A DNA stretch of 64,000 nucleotides from Synechococcus sp. (GTDB lineage Bacteria > Cyanobacteriota > Cyanobacteriia > PCC-6307 > Cyanobiaceae): contig JBJBDL010000003.1 of the NCBI GenBank assembly GCA_047285305.1, positions 1,408,001-1,472,000 on the forward strand. Reading direction: 5' to 3'. Shown here piece by piece: positions 9,229 to 20,081 of this stretch (positions are counted from its first letter, which is position 1; the number at the start of each line of letters is the position of its first letter). The notes under the pieces were generated by a model, which was not told where the DNA came from, did no database searches, and worked only from the letters and a program-made list of their open reading frames with translations. The position numbers were made by a program, and so were the translations under genes.

Positions 9229-10689
9229 TTGAGCACCATCCCACGAGACGCGAAGATCGGTGCAGTTCACGGGTCTCCGTTGCAAGCCTGTTCCGAGTCT
9301 CAGCACCCACCGGCTCGGCTTGCTCCGTTCGCCATCCCTTCGGCCGAAGACCCGGTGCTGAGTGACTTCTTGCATCGCACTTCGGATCTGCTTTGCCGTT
9401 GGATCGGCTCCGCTGATCGATCAAGCCCGGTCCCCGTCATGCGCCCCTTGCCTGACGTGGCACCAGGGCTTGATGGGGCCAGCGTTGAATCGCTGCTCAG
9501 TGATCTTCAGCAGGTGATGGATGGGGCGTATCAGCCGTCCCATCCCGGTGCTCTGGCCCATCTCGATCCGCCCCCGCTTACCGCGTCCATTGCGGCGGAA
9601 TTGGTCTGTGCAGGTCTCAATAACAACCTCCTTGCAGAGGAGCTTTCGCCTGGTCTGACCGCCCTGGAACATGACCTCTGCCGCTGGTTCTGCCACAGGA
9701 TTGGCTTGCCCTCCGGTTCCGGAGGGGTGCTGGCCAGCGGCGGGACCCTGAGCAATCTCATGGCCCTGGTGGCGGCACGGGCGGCGTTGGGGGCTACCCA
9801 TCAGGATCCTGTGCTGCTGTGCAGCCAAGACGCTCACGTCTCCATCAACAAGGCCGCAAAGGTAATGGGGCTGGCGGATGATGCCCTTCAGACGCTTCCC
9901 GTGGCCGCGGATGGTGGTCTTTGCCTCGAGGCTTTGAACAAGCGTTTGAAATCTCTGCAAGCGGAGGGGCGGCCTTGTCTGGCGGTGGTGGCCACGGCCG
10001 GCACCACGGTGCGCGGAGCCATTGATCCTCTCTCGGATCTGGCAACCCTCTGCAGTGATGCCGGGGTCTGGTTGCACGTTGATGCGGCCATCGGCGGTGT
10101 GTTCGCGCTCACGGCCCGCTATGCCTCCCTGATGGATGGCATGGAACTTGCCGATTCGATCACGCTGAATCCCCAGAAATTGCTGGGCATCACCAAGGCG
10201 TCATCCCTGCTGTTGCTTCGGGATCGCACCCATCTCCGCCAGGCCTTTTCAACAGGATTGCCCTACATGGAGGCGCCCAGGGGTATGGATCACGGCGGGG
10301 AGATCGGCTTGCAGGGCACCCGACCTGCAGAGATCCTCAAGCTTTGGCTGGGCCTGCGTCAGTTGGGTGAGGCGGGTATCGAAGCAACGCTCAGCGGAGC
10401 TTTGCAACGGCGAATCGCATTCGCAGCCCAATTGGACCCTGAGAAGTTCACGTTGTTGGCGGGTGACCTGCACCTGCTGGCCTTCCATCCCAGACACGGG
10501 GATGTGGCTGCAGCCGGCCGTTGGAGTGAAGACAGCCGGCAAATGCTGCTTTCTCACGGCTACATGTTGTCGCGACCCTTCTACGGCAACCGTTTCTGCC
10601 TCAAGGCGGTTTTTGGAAATCCCCACACCACGGCTCAGCACCTCAGCGACCTGTCGGGACGACTGAATGGATCGCTGTCTCCAGCCTGA
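9229..10689 (+). CDS. Group II pyridoxal-dependent decarboxylase
   Basis: SGGTLSNL, ATAGTTVRGAIDP, WLHVDAA, NPQK; start uncertain. Confidence 0.85.
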   Translation: MSTIPRDAKIGAVHGSPLQACSESQHPPARLAPFAIPSAEDPVLSDFLHRTSDLLCRWIGSADRSSPVPVMRPLPDVAPGLDGASVESLLSDLQQVMDGAYQPSHPGALAHLDPPPLTASIAAELVCAGLNNNLLAEELSPGLTALEHDLCRWFCHRIGLPSGSGGVLASGGTLSNLMALVAARAALGATHQDPVLLCSQDAHVSINKAAKVMGLADDALQTLPVAADGGLCLEALNKRLKSLQAEGRPCLAVVATAGTTVRGAIDPLSDLATLCSDAGVWLHVDAAIGGVFALTARYASLMDGMELADSITLNPQKLLGITKASSLLLLRDRTHLRQAFSTGLPYMEAPRGMDHGGEIGLQGTRPAEILKLWLGLRQLGEAGIEATLSGALQRRIAFAAQLDPEKFTLLAGDLHLLAFHPRHGDVAAAGRWSEDSRQMLLSHGYMLSRPFYGNRFCLKAVFGNPHTTAQHLSDLSGRLNGSLSPA

Positions 10690-10722
10690 TCGTTCAAAAT
10701 CGCCATCGTTTGAGACGCACCG

Positions 10723-10965
10723 ATGCCGGAACAGCAGCAGGGTTCACGCTGGGTTGCCATCGTCACCGGGGCGATCTCCGTGGCGATTGGTGTGCTCTAT
10801 CTGCTCCTGATCACAGTTCTGGATGCCCGGGGGCCGATGCTTCCCCCTCCTGCTGAGGCCCTGGCCGGGGGGGAAGACGTCCCGCCGCGGACGTCTGAAG
10901 CGGTTCAACCACTTGCCGCATGGCACTCGCCAGAAAGCGCTGTAGTGAGAGTTCCCGTCGGTTGA
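10723..10965 (+). CDS. Small single-TM membrane protein
   Basis: WVAIVTGAISVAIGVLYLLLITVLDARGPMLPPP. Confidence 0.7.
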   Translation: MPEQQQGSRWVAIVTGAISVAIGVLYLLLITVLDARGPMLPPPAEALAGGEDVPPRTSEAVQPLAAWHSPESAVVRVPVG

Positions 10966-12400
10966 GCTCAAAGGCCTGTTGAACCACGGTTTGCATACCA
11001 CCGTCACCCCAGTCCTGGTCCTGTTCGAAGTAGCGCATGAAACTGCTTCCTGCGATTCGGGTGAGCCATGCGGTCACCACCCCCTGGAGCACCTGCCCCA
11101 GCACCAGAGTGGGCAAGCTCAGGCTCAGGCTGGTGCCCAGCAAGCTCATGGCCCCTTTGACGATGCCCAACTTGCCGAGGGTTTGTCCAAGGGACATGGC
11201 CAGATCCTTAGCGCGATCACGGGACATCTCGACCCCGTAAATCTTGGCCATCTCAAGGATCATCTGGGCATTCACCGCTGCGGTGCTCAACAGATCCACC
11301 CCTGGCAGCGGGTTGGCAGCGACAATCCCCGCTCCCATCCAGCTGTAGCGGTCAATGCAGCGTTTGGCTTCCCGAGACCGCTGGTCGTTCAACAGGTCGC
11401 GCCCACGGCTGTCGAGGGATCGGCATTGCAGAAGGATGTTGTCGGAAATCAATTCCTCACCCTCGGCGTGCAGCACAACGGCGAGGCGCTGCAGCAGATC
11501 GCTGACGTCAGGCAGCGGCTGCAGCGGGCGACGGCCGGGTTGAGGAATCGATTGAGGAGAGGCACTGCAGGCCACTACATCAGCAGCGTTGAGCTGTCCC
11601 TGGCAACGGGAGTGAAGCACCTGTAGGAGCCTTTTCTCCTCGTCAATTCCGCGCAAATCCCGCTTGTTCAACACCAGGAGCAGCCGCTTGCCGAGCCCGG
11701 CGAGAGAGGTCACGACGGCGTATTCCGAGGCTCTGAGGTCCCCGTCCACCACCACAATTAAAAGATCGGCACGAACCGCCCGACGACGGGCTGTTTCCTC
11801 CCGGCTGAGTCCTTCGTCTCCGGCTTCCAGGATTCCTGGGGTGTCCACGAGCTGAAGACCACGCTCAAGGCCTCTCAAACGCAGGCGGTAGGCGCGGCTG
11901 GTTTTGGTCACGCCCATGGGCGCTCCCACATCGCCGACCATTTCGTTGAGTAGGGCACGGATCAGCGATGTCTTGCCGCTGGATCCAGTGCCGAACACCA
12001 CAACCACCAGATCGCCTCGCTTCAGTTCCTCAGCGACCCGATCGCGTTCGTTCTGAAGGCTGCGGCGACTGATGTCGTCCTGAATGCGTTCGATCAGACG
12101 ATCCACATGGCCGAGGCTGGTGGTCGCGGCATCCCGCCGGTTCTGAGGAGTGGCGGTGGCTTGGCGTGGGCGTTGGGTTGGGCGTGATTTCAGGCGTTTC
12201 CAGATCGGCCAACCCACCTGCACCGCCAGGGTGGCCACCAGCGCGAACCCCAGCAGCAGCAGCGGCGTGAGCAACCAGGTAGGCAGGAAGTAACTCAGAT
12301 CCCACAGCAGGCTGCGGATGGTCTGAACGGCAGCGCCGATCAGCACGAGTGCCACAAAGCCAACGGCGAGACCGATCAGCAACCGGGTTTGGCGTTTCAT
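10811..12400 (-). CDS. GTP-binding protein with DUF697 (YcjF-like) domain
   Basis: GTGSSGKTS, DTPG, NKRD, two N-terminal TM helices, QDWGDGG. Confidence 0.85.
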   Translation of the reverse strand: MKRQTRLLIGLAVGFVALVLIGAAVQTIRSLLWDLSYFLPTWLLTPLLLLGFALVATLAVQVGWPIWKRLKSRPTQRPRQATATPQNRRDAATTSLGHVDRLIERIQDDISRRSLQNERDRVAEELKRGDLVVVVFGTGSSGKTSLIRALLNEMVGDVGAPMGVTKTSRAYRLRLRGLERGLQLVDTPGILEAGDEGLSREETARRRAVRADLLIVVVDGDLRASEYAVVTSLAGLGKRLLLVLNKRDLRGIDEEKRLLQVLHSRCQGQLNAADVVACSASPQSIPQPGRRPLQPLPDVSDLLQRLAVVLHAEGEELISDNILLQCRSLDSRGRDLLNDQRSREAKRCIDRYSWMGAGIVAANPLPGVDLLSTAAVNAQMILEMAKIYGVEMSRDRAKDLAMSLGQTLGKLGIVKGAMSLLGTSLSLSLPTLVLGQVLQGVVTAWLTRIAGSSFMRYFEQDQDWGDGGMQTVVQQAFELNRRELSLQRFLASAMRQVVEPLQTSAAGRLPPRPGPQQEGEASAPGHPEL

Positions 12401-12434
12401 GCCTGCGTCACACCAGCCTCAGGACAAGTTTGGG

Positions 12435-12911
12435 TCAGCCACGGCTGCTGTCACCCCGGCGGGTCCAAAGGTCGATGGCGAAGCAGAGCACTGCGAGATT
12501 GATGGCGACATCTGCCCCGTTGAAGATCGGAAACTCGACCGGTTCGAGGGCCAGAAAATCCACCACATGGCCTAGACGCCAACGGTCAAGCCCATTGCCA
12601 ACGGTTCCGCCCAGAAGCGCTGCTGCGGCGAGGGCCTGCCAGAACGGCAGCACCCGTTCACGCCAGATCCACAGGATCAGCCCGATGCCTACCCCCAAGC
12701 TGAGCAGCCCGAGTAGGGCAGTGGAATCTTGCAGAACACTGAAGGCTGCGCCGGTGTTGTGCACCAATTGCAGCGAGAGCACATGCGGTAGCAGGGGTAG
12801 GGATTGGCCCCCTCGCAAGGCGCTCGAGGCCGCTCCCTTGCTCAGCTGATCCACCACCACGATGACCAGGGCAATCAGCAGGGTTGAGCGACGTGGAAGT
12901 GGTCTCGTCAT
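12435..12911 (-). CDS. lspA: Lipoprotein signal peptidase II
   Basis: DQLSK, NTGAAFS, GNGLDR, VVDFL, FNGAD. Confidence 0.95.
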   Translation of the reverse strand: MTRPLPRRSTLLIALVIVVVDQLSKGAASSALRGGQSLPLLPHVLSLQLVHNTGAAFSVLQDSTALLGLLSLGVGIGLILWIWRERVLPFWQALAAAALLGGTVGNGLDRWRLGHVVDFLALEPVEFPIFNGADVAINLAVLCFAIDLWTRRGDSSRG

Positions 12912-13477
12912 GGCTCGATGATCAACAACCGGCGCAGCACAATTGACAGGAATCCTGCACCGATGCAGAGCAGCATCTGAGCCGGTAGCGGACCGATTGA
13001 AAACTGCATCAGCAGCTCGGGGAAGCCAAGGCTCCATCGCCCCAGCAGCGCCCCGAGGGCGAGATTCAGCACCCCGCAGATCTGGAGAACAAGCAAACCA
13101 GCCAGGGCGCAGAGCGACTGTCTGGGCAGGTCATCAATGCCGTCCTGCTGCGCCAGTCGACCGGTGAGCCAGGCCGCGGGCACGAAGCCCGCGAGATAGC
13201 CGAAACCCGGCTCAAGAACGTAGTTCAGCCCCCCACCGCCATGGAACACAGGCAGGCTGAACAATCCCAGGGTCAGATAGCCAACAGCAGCCATCACGCC
13301 GGCACGTGGGCCACTGACCATCGCGCAGAGAAGCAGTGCTGGCACCTGCCACGTAACCGGCAGGGGGAGAAGGATCGGCTCGGGAGCAGGCAGGAACAAC
13401 GCGGCCGGTACAAGACCACCGATGAGGATGGCCAGCAGACCCGCCAGGGCACCACACCAGGAGGCGAGAGCCCTCAC
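12908..13477 (-). CDS. bioY: BioY family transporter
   Basis: PVTWQV, GYLTLGLFSLPVFHGGGG, GYLAGF. Confidence 0.88.
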   Translation of the reverse strand: MRALASWCGALAGLLAILIGGLVPAALFLPAPEPILLPLPVTWQVPALLLCAMVSGPRAGVMAAVGYLTLGLFSLPVFHGGGGLNYVLEPGFGYLAGFVPAAWLTGRLAQQDGIDDLPRQSLCALAGLLVLQICGVLNLALGALLGRWSLGFPELLMQFSIGPLPAQMLLCIGAGFLSIVLRRLLIIEP

Positions 13478-13533
13478 ATCACTTACTCAACTCGGCCCAT
13501 CCTGCTCGACAATGCAGATCCTGCCTAGTTCAG

Positions 13534-13761
13534 ATGTCGGTATCGATTGGTGATCAGCTGCGTCTGTCGCAGCAGCTTCCGTACCTCAAGTCGGCGGATC
13601 CGATGCCGATGCTGCGACCGCGGGATCTGGTGGCCGCCGGTGAAGTGGGCGAGGTGGTTGCTCTTCATCCGATGGACACGGTTGCCGTGCGTTTTCGCCG
13701 GGGCACGTTTCTGATCCCTCTCGATCGGCTTGATCCGGTGAATGCCGCTGAGGTGGACTAA
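13534..13761 (+). CDS. sipA: NblS-interacting protein SipA (DUF3148)
   Basis: PYLKSADPMPMLRP, VRFRRGTFLI. Confidence 0.85.
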   Translation: MSVSIGDQLRLSQQLPYLKSADPMPMLRPRDLVAAGEVGEVVALHPMDTVAVRFRRGTFLIPLDRLDPVNAAEVD

Positions 13762-15014
13762 GCAGCGTCCCGCCGATCCCAGCGCCGGCCGAGCTGCTCC
13801 AGCGCGGCGGAGGTTCCGCACAGGCTGAGTCGTGGTTCCCTCAGCCAACGTTTGGCGGCCTGGAGCACATCAGTCGGTGTCAGTTCCGCGAGAGCCTCCA
13901 CACAGCGCTGGTCGTGATTGTCGGGAAGCCCCTGGGCCTTTAGCTGAACCCGTCGCTCTGCCCGTTGGGAGCAGGTCTGCAGGCCCTGGGCGAGCTGACC
14001 GATGTACTTGGCCCGTGCGAGCTCGAGTGCGGCCTCACTGAGGGGTTGCTCACTCAGCTCGTCCCAGATGTTCAGCAGCAAGTCCAGCGCGAGCTCTGAG
14101 CGCTCTTCCACGCTAGAGGCCATCAGCACAAAGGGCGCCGGTCCTGCCAGGGCAGGGAAGTGTGCGGCCACGTCGTAGGCCACGCCATGGTCTTCCCGCA
14201 GGCGCTGGAACAGCAGGCTCGACATGCCCACCCCCAGATGGCACTGCAACAGACGCAACGCCAGTTCATCCGGGTGGCCATGCCCCAGCGTCGCCTGCCC
14301 AATCATCAGAACCACCTGTTCGGTGTCCATCGGTTGGAGCTGGATCGTCTCGGTTCCCACCGCTTCGGCGTAGGGCCGGCGGACTGAGCGATCTGTGCTG
14401 CTCCCTACTGGCCAGTCGCGAAAGTCCTCAAGTGAGCCAATCGTGTCAATGAGTTGCGGCGGGACGCTGCCCGCCAGGGCGAGAACGCTCGATGCCCTCG
14501 GTAGCCGTTCGGCCAGGGGAAGAAGCGCCTTCCGATCCAAGTCATCCAGCTCCTCAGCGATGCCCATCGGGTCGTGGCCGTAGCCCCCGTTGCCATAGGT
14601 CAGCTGCCTCCATCCGGTCGTGGCGCAATGGAAGGGGTCCTCCTGCTGGCGTTGCAAGGCCTGAATCGTGAGCGAACGTTCAAGGGCCACCTGGCCAGGC
14701 TCAAGCTGGGGGGAACGAACCATCTGTGCCAGCAGGGGCAGGAGCTGCTCCGCGTCTTCCACCGTGCAGCGCAGGCTCAGCACGAGAGCATCCTCCTGGG
14801 CATCACAGCGCAGACCTGCTCCGCATCCCTCAACAAGGTCCGCCAGGTCAACGTGGTTGTGTTGTCCACAGCCGCGGCTGAGCAGAGATGCCAGCAGGTC
14901 ATGGGCACCGCGTGTTCCTGCAGGGTCGTCGGCGCTGCCGAAAGGAAGAAGCAGTTTCGCGGCCAGAATCCCTGGGCTGGAGACCGGTTCGATCAGCAGT
15001 TCGGGGTTGCTCAT
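13758..15014 (-). CDS. M16 peptidase-like subunit, probably non-catalytic
   Basis: M16 fold motifs (SSLLFQRLREDHGVAY) but no HxxEH. Confidence 0.85.
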   Translation of the reverse strand: MSNPELLIEPVSSPGILAAKLLLPFGSADDPAGTRGAHDLLASLLSRGCGQHNHVDLADLVEGCGAGLRCDAQEDALVLSLRCTVEDAEQLLPLLAQMVRSPQLEPGQVALERSLTIQALQRQQEDPFHCATTGWRQLTYGNGGYGHDPMGIAEELDDLDRKALLPLAERLPRASSVLALAGSVPPQLIDTIGSLEDFRDWPVGSSTDRSVRRPYAEAVGTETIQLQPMDTEQVVLMIGQATLGHGHPDELALRLLQCHLGVGMSSLLFQRLREDHGVAYDVAAHFPALAGPAPFVLMASSVEERSELALDLLLNIWDELSEQPLSEAALELARAKYIGQLAQGLQTCSQRAERRVQLKAQGLPDNHDQRCVEALAELTPTDVLQAAKRWLREPRLSLCGTSAALEQLGRRWDRRDAA

Positions 15015-16294
15015 CCGTTCTTCATCTTTGCTTGGGCGGTCAGGACAAACGCCTGTTCGGGTTGAAGCCTGGGAAACAGGTCTGAGCGAAGCCGCTCCGC
15101 CGTCCATGGCGGGAGGAAGGCCAGGGGTTGGAGCAGATCCTGCTGCCGGTCCCAGAGGGTCTGGCTGGCGCTGAGCCCAGACACCTGGCCCGTCGATTCC
15201 AAGGCATAGCGCAGTCCGTTGCTCACCAGCTGTTGGCCCCGTTTCAGCTCCTGATCGCTGACGAGCTCCTCTGCCATGGCGCGCAGCTGCCGGTTCACCT
15301 CGTCTTCCACAGCCTCTAGATGCTCGTCCGGGCAGATCACCTCCAGCGTGATCAGGCTTCCCTGCTCCAGAACAGAGAGGTCCATCGACACGCTTTCAAC
15401 GATCTGCAGTTCCTCCCTCAAGCGGTTCACGAGACGACTGCGTCGTCCCTCCCCCAGCAGGGTTGTGGCGAGATCAGCTGCCATCACGCCTGTCTGATCC
15501 TGGGCCCGTGGAGCTTCCCAGAGCATCAGTAGTCGAGCGGATTCGAGCCGGTCAACAACAATGCTTTCGCGTCCAGGACGCACGCTCAGGGGCGATGACG
15601 GTGATGAGGGCTCAGGCGCATCTAGGAGGTCCGCCAGAGCCGAGGACCTCAGGGCACTGCGCAGCTCCACTGATGCAGGCCCGGCCATCGCCAGGCAGCA
15701 GTTGGACCCGCGGTACTGCCGCTGATGAAACACCCTCATGGCCCCGGGCGTCATGGCCTCCAGGCTGGAGGGTGTACCCAGGATGGGGCGGCCGTAGGGG
15801 TGCTGGTCACAGCCCTTGCTCAACAGCAGTTGCAGCACCTGCTCATTGGGTTGATCGGCGTATTGAGCGATCTCTTCAAGCACCACTCCCCGTTCCATGT
15901 TGAACCCGTCAGGTTCGAGGCTTGGCTGCAACACCAGTTCCAACAACAGATCCAACGCTTCGCGGGCTCGATCCGGTGGTGTCAGCACGTGGAAGTGAAC
16001 GTCATCAAAGCCTGTGGCGGCATTGCTGCTGCCCCCCAGAGCTTCGATGGCTTCATCGAATGCCCCTGCGGCCAGCTGATCACTTCCCTTGAACACCATG
16101 TGCTCTAGGAAATGGGCCATGCCCTCTTCCCCTGGCTGCTCACAGGCACTCCCGGCACGGCACCAGAGATCGAGACAGGTCAGGGGTGCATCCGGCATGT
16201 CCGCCGTCACGCAGCGCACTCCGTTGGGGAGGGTCCAATGGTCCAGTGGGGGACCGGAGAACAGAAGGTTCAGAACTGCGTGGCAAAGTTCCAT
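15011..16294 (-). CDS. M16 Zn-peptidase, catalytic subunit
   Basis: [30 protein letters not shown]; start uncertain. Confidence 0.88.
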   Translation of the reverse strand: MELCHAVLNLLFSGPPLDHWTLPNGVRCVTADMPDAPLTCLDLWCRAGSACEQPGEEGMAHFLEHMVFKGSDQLAAGAFDEAIEALGGSSNAATGFDDVHFHVLTPPDRAREALDLLLELVLQPSLEPDGFNMERGVVLEEIAQYADQPNEQVLQLLLSKGCDQHPYGRPILGTPSSLEAMTPGAMRVFHQRQYRGSNCCLAMAGPASVELRSALRSSALADLLDAPEPSSPSSPLSVRPGRESIVVDRLESARLLMLWEAPRAQDQTGVMAADLATTLLGEGRRSRLVNRLREELQIVESVSMDLSVLEQGSLITLEVICPDEHLEAVEDEVNRQLRAMAEELVSDQELKRGQQLVSNGLRYALESTGQVSGLSASQTLWDRQQDLLQPLAFLPPWTAERLRSDLFPRLQPEQAFVLTAQAKMKNG

Positions 16295-16312
16295 TCTGTG
16301 CCTGCCCCTTCG

Positions 16313-17056
16313 ATGCAGCCCAAGCCGCTGGCGCCACCGCCAGGACAGCATCCCCTCGTGCAGGCCTTGGCGGCATCGATACGTAGTGCCTGGGCGGGAT
16401 TGCCTGGATTGGAGATCCTCCCTTGCGATGAGGATTTGCGCTTCATCCAGGGGCAACTCGATGGCGAAGGCCTATCGATCGGCAACGAGCTTTTTCGCTG
16501 TATCGGACTTCGCAAGCTTCATTTGGAGGTTGCGCGACTCGGCAACGGCCTGCAGATCCTCCACAGCGTCTGGTTCCCAGATCCCCACTACGACTTGCCG
16601 ATCTTCGGGGCCGACATCGTGGCCGGCCCTGCAGGCATCTCCGCCGCGATCGTTGATCTGTCCCCCACCTCCGATGCCTTGCCGGAGCAACTGATTCAGC
16701 GGCTTGAGGCCAGGCCATGGCCGGCGTTCCGTCAGGTTCGGGAGCTGCCCGCCTGGGGATCAGCCATCTTCTCCAACAAGGTGTGCTTCATCCGTCCCGA
16801 TGGTGCTGACGAGGAAGCAGCCTTTCAGGAGCTGTTGAGCCACTACCTGCAGGTGATGGCCACCAGCGTGATCGAGGCGACTCCCGAACCGTCAACGGCT
16901 CTCACTACAGTCCGCCGGTACGAGGGTCAGTTGAACTATTGCCTTCAGCAGAAACGCAACGACAAGACTCGCCGCGTGCTCGAGAAGGCCTTCGATTCAG
17001 CCTGGGCCGATCGCTACATCGACATGCTTCTGTTCGACAACCCACCGGAACTCTGA
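16313..17056 (+). CDS. pcyA: Phycocyanobilin:ferredoxin oxidoreductase
   Basis: [40 protein letters not shown]. Confidence 0.95.
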   Translation: MQPKPLAPPPGQHPLVQALAASIRSAWAGLPGLEILPCDEDLRFIQGQLDGEGLSIGNELFRCIGLRKLHLEVARLGNGLQILHSVWFPDPHYDLPIFGADIVAGPAGISAAIVDLSPTSDALPEQLIQRLEARPWPAFRQVRELPAWGSAIFSNKVCFIRPDGADEEAAFQELLSHYLQVMATSVIEATPEPSTALTTVRRYEGQLNYCLQQKRNDKTRRVLEKAFDSAWADRYIDMLLFDNPPEL

Positions 17057-17952
17057 TGACCCCCAAGCGCTGGTCTGTTCTGGCTGGAAGTTTGGTCATT
17101 GCGGTCTTCGGTGGCTGGTTGCTGCGGCCGACGCCCGAACCCAAGCCGGTTGAACCGACGCCTGTACGCACGGTTCGTCCCGAAGCAGTCGCTGCCCTGG
17201 GGCAGCTGGAGCCTGCCGGGGACATACGCAATCTGGCGGCTCCCAATGCGGGGATGGCGGGGACACCCCGGGTGGCAGCTCTCAATGTGAATGAGGGTGA
17301 TCCGATCAAGACTGGCCAGGTGTTGGCGTCCTTCGATAACCGGGATGGCCTCCTCGCTGATCTGGAGCGTGTCGATGCGCAGCTGCGCAGCCTCGACCAA
17401 GAGATACAGCTTCAGGCCCTTGAGGTGGAGCGCTTCAGCAAAGCCGCCGATTGGGGTGCGGCCGAATTGACTCTGGTGGACAACAAGCGTGAAGAGCTGG
17501 TGCGTCTTCAGGGAAAGCGGGATCAGGCCCTAGCGGAGCGCAAAGGGCTTCAGGCCGACCTCGTGCTCAGTCAGCTGATTTCGCCCATTGATGGTGTTGT
17601 GCTCAAGCTGCATGCCCGTGCAGGCGAGCGCCCCGGTGCAGAGGGGGTGATGGATGTGGGGGCCAACCAGGCGATGCAGGCCAGCATCGAGGTCTACGAA
17701 TCCGATATTTCCCTGATCCGCCTCGACCAGTCCGTGAGCCTCATCAGCGAGAACGGTGGTTTCCGCGGTGAACTCGTCGGGCGCGTCCTGCGTATCAGCC
17801 CGCAGGTGGAACAACGGTCTGTTCTCTCCACCGATCCCACCGGCGATGCCGACGCCCGCGTTGTGGTGGTTGATGTGGTTCTCAACCCTGAAGATGCCGC
17901 CAAGGTCAGTCGTCTGGCGGGTTTGAAGGTGATCGCCCGCTTTGATCCATGA
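17056..17952 (+). CDS. devB: DevB-type ABC exporter membrane fusion protein
   Basis: VAALGQLEP, SPIDGVVLK, EVYESDI, DARVV. Confidence 0.85.
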   Translation: MTPKRWSVLAGSLVIAVFGGWLLRPTPEPKPVEPTPVRTVRPEAVAALGQLEPAGDIRNLAAPNAGMAGTPRVAALNVNEGDPIKTGQVLASFDNRDGLLADLERVDAQLRSLDQEIQLQALEVERFSKAADWGAAELTLVDNKREELVRLQGKRDQALAERKGLQADLVLSQLISPIDGVVLKLHARAGERPGAEGVMDVGANQAMQASIEVYESDISLIRLDQSVSLISENGGFRGELVGRVLRISPQVEQRSVLSTDPTGDADARVVVVDVVLNPEDAAKVSRLAGLKVIARFDP

Positions 17953-19118
17953 ATCGGTTCTGGCGGGGCCGTCGGATTCCCCTTTCTTGGTTGTTGCTGA
18001 CGCGCCAGCCCGTTCGCTTGCTGGTCGCGCTTGCCGGCATCAGCTTCGCGGGAATTCTGATGTTTATGCAGCTCGGATTCCGTGATGGCCTCTTTGATGC
18101 AAGCGTCACGGCGCATAGGCTGTTCGATGCCGATGTCGTTCTGATCAGTCCCCGCTCCGCCAGCTCTGTGAGCATGGAAGCCTTCCCAAGGCGGCGGCTG
18201 ATTCAGACCTTGGCTGATCCCGATGTCGAGGGGGTGACCCCGGTGCACTGGGGGCTGATGCTCTGGCGAAATCCGGAAACTCGGCGCAACCGGTCGATCC
18301 TGGCCTTGGGTTTCAATCCCGACGCCCCCTTTTTTGTCGATCCCTCCCTGGCTGAGAAAACTGACGCTCTAAAGCAGAAAGGGCGGATCCTCTTCGACCA
18401 GTTGTCACGCCCTGAATTCGGACCTATTGCCGATTGGTATCGCGATGGCCGGGTGGTGGAAACCGAGATCGCTGGCAACCGCGTCCGGGTGGCGGGTCTG
18501 GTGAGCTTGGGCACCAGCTTCGGTGCCGACGGCAACATGCTCACGAGCACTGAGACGTTTCTCGATCTGATGCCTCAGAAGCCGCCTGGGGCGATTGAGG
18601 TGGGTCTGGTGCGGTTGAAGCCAGGCGCGGATCCTGAGCAGGTGGTGTCCCGATTAAGCCAGCGACTGCCCAAGGATGTTTCGGTGCTGACAAAGCAGGG
18701 CTTCATTGATTTCGAGCAGAACTACTGGAAGAGCAGTACCTCCATCGGTTTTATCTTCACCCTCGGCGCTGCCATGGGCTTCGTGGTGGGCTGCGTGATC
18801 GTTTATCAGGTGCTGTACACAGATGTGAGTGACCACCTGCCGGAGTACGCCACCTTGATGGCCATGGGCTATCGGCTCAGCCATCTGTTGGGAGTGGTGG
18901 TCCGTGAGGGCTTCTATCTGGCGGCGATGGGGTACGTCCCCGCCTACCTGGCCGGTCAGGGGCTGTACTGGTTCGTTCGTGACGCCACCAAGCTGCCCGT
19001 CGGCATGGATCTGTCCCGGGCGTTGACCGTTCTGGTGATGATCCTGGTGATGTGCATGTTGTCGTCGTTCCTGGCCATGCGTCGTCTCATCGATGCAGAC
19101 CCTGCGGAGATCTTCTGA
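17949..19118 (+). CDS. devC: DevC-type ABC exporter permease
   Basis: LMFMQLGF, LGTSFGADGN, IVYQVLYTDVSDHLPEYATL, ADPAEIF. Confidence 0.92.
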   Translation: MNRFWRGRRIPLSWLLLTRQPVRLLVALAGISFAGILMFMQLGFRDGLFDASVTAHRLFDADVVLISPRSASSVSMEAFPRRRLIQTLADPDVEGVTPVHWGLMLWRNPETRRNRSILALGFNPDAPFFVDPSLAEKTDALKQKGRILFDQLSRPEFGPIADWYRDGRVVETEIAGNRVRVAGLVSLGTSFGADGNMLTSTETFLDLMPQKPPGAIEVGLVRLKPGADPEQVVSRLSQRLPKDVSVLTKQGFIDFEQNYWKSSTSIGFIFTLGAAMGFVVGCVIVYQVLYTDVSDHLPEYATLMAMGYRLSHLLGVVVREGFYLAAMGYVPAYLAGQGLYWFVRDATKLPVGMDLSRALTVLVMILVMCMLSSFLAMRRLIDADPAEIF

Positions 19119-19795
19119 TGGCAGCTGTTGTTGTCGACAACCTCTCCCATGCCTTCGGTCAAGGGGAGATGCGCCGCGAGGTTCTTCAGAACATCAGCTT
19201 CAGCATCGAGCCGGGAGAGGTGGTGTTGCTGACCGGTCCTTCTGGCTGTGGCAAGACGACACTTCTCACCTTGATCGGCGCCTTGCGGACGGTTCAGCAG
19301 GGCGAGGTGTCGGTGCTTGGAGAGTCCCTGCATGGTGCCGGCCGTCGGCGCCGCCAGCAGGTGCGCCGGCGCATTGGAATGATTTTTCAGGGTCACAACC
19401 TTCTGCGCTGCCTTACGACTGAACAGAACGTGCAGATGGGAGCCGATCTTCTGCCTGATCTCAGTTACAGGGCCCGTCGGGATGAGGCCCGTCAGTGGCT
19501 CCGTGCCGTCGGCCTTGAGGACCACATGGCCAAAGTCCCCCATGACTTGTCCGGAGGACAGAAGCAACGGGTTGCCATTGCCCGTGCCCTTGCCGCAAAC
19601 CCCCGCCTTCTTCTGGCTGACGAACCCACCGCTGCCTTGGACAGCCGTACGGGCCGGGAGGTGGTGGAGCTGCTTCGTCGATTGGCCCGTGAACAATCCT
19701 GTGCGGTGCTGATGGTGACCCATGACCCGCGCATCGTTGATGTTGCCGATCGCTTGCTTCAGATGGAGGACGGGCGATTAAAGAATGCTGTTTAG
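19118..19795 (+). CDS. devA: DevA-type ABC exporter ATPase
   Basis: [26 protein letters not shown]. Confidence 0.9.
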   Translation: MAAVVVDNLSHAFGQGEMRREVLQNISFSIEPGEVVLLTGPSGCGKTTLLTLIGALRTVQQGEVSVLGESLHGAGRRRRQQVRRRIGMIFQGHNLLRCLTTEQNVQMGADLLPDLSYRARRDEARQWLRAVGLEDHMAKVPHDLSGGQKQRVAIARALAANPRLLLADEPTAALDSRTGREVVELLRRLAREQSCAVLMVTHDPRIVDVADRLLQMEDGRLKNAV

Positions 19796-19831
19796 TAGGA
19801 TGAAATTTGAGATCAGAGCTCGCAGTTCCGC

Positions 19832-19987
19832 ATGGCCAAGCGCAGAAACCTGAAGAAAGAAAAGCAGGAGCGGAACCGCGCCTACGCGCGCAAGTTCAAG
19901 AAGCGCAAGATGCGCAACGATGGCCGTGGTGAAGGCGCTGGTAACGGTGTGACCGGAACCGCCAACAACGGTGGTGCCGCCGACTGA
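19832..19987 (+). CDS. 51-aa highly basic small protein
   Basis: Hand translation MAKRRNLKKEKQERNRAYARKFKKRKMRNDGRGEGAGNGVTGTANNGGAAD; C/G-ending codon bias; followed by a terminator; below the ORF-track cutoff. Confidence 0.8.
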   Translation: MAKRRNLKKEKQERNRAYARKFKKRKMRNDGRGEGAGNGVTGTANNGGAAD

Positions 19988-20008
19988 TCAACGGACCAGA
20001 CCATCCAT

Positions 20009-20040
20009 AAAAAAGGGGGGCCTGTGTGCCCCCTTTTTTT
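20009..20040. terminator. Bidirectional-type intrinsic terminator
   Basis: AAAAAAGGGGGGC-CTGTGT-GCCCCCTTTTTTT. Confidence 0.85.
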
Positions 20041-20081
20041 GTTGTTCGTAGGGTGGGTGGCCATTTGCATCGGCCGTCGAG

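Noticed and set aside
13758..16294. Active plus inactive M16 peptidase pair as a novelty
   Set aside because: A well-known heterodimeric M16B arrangement.
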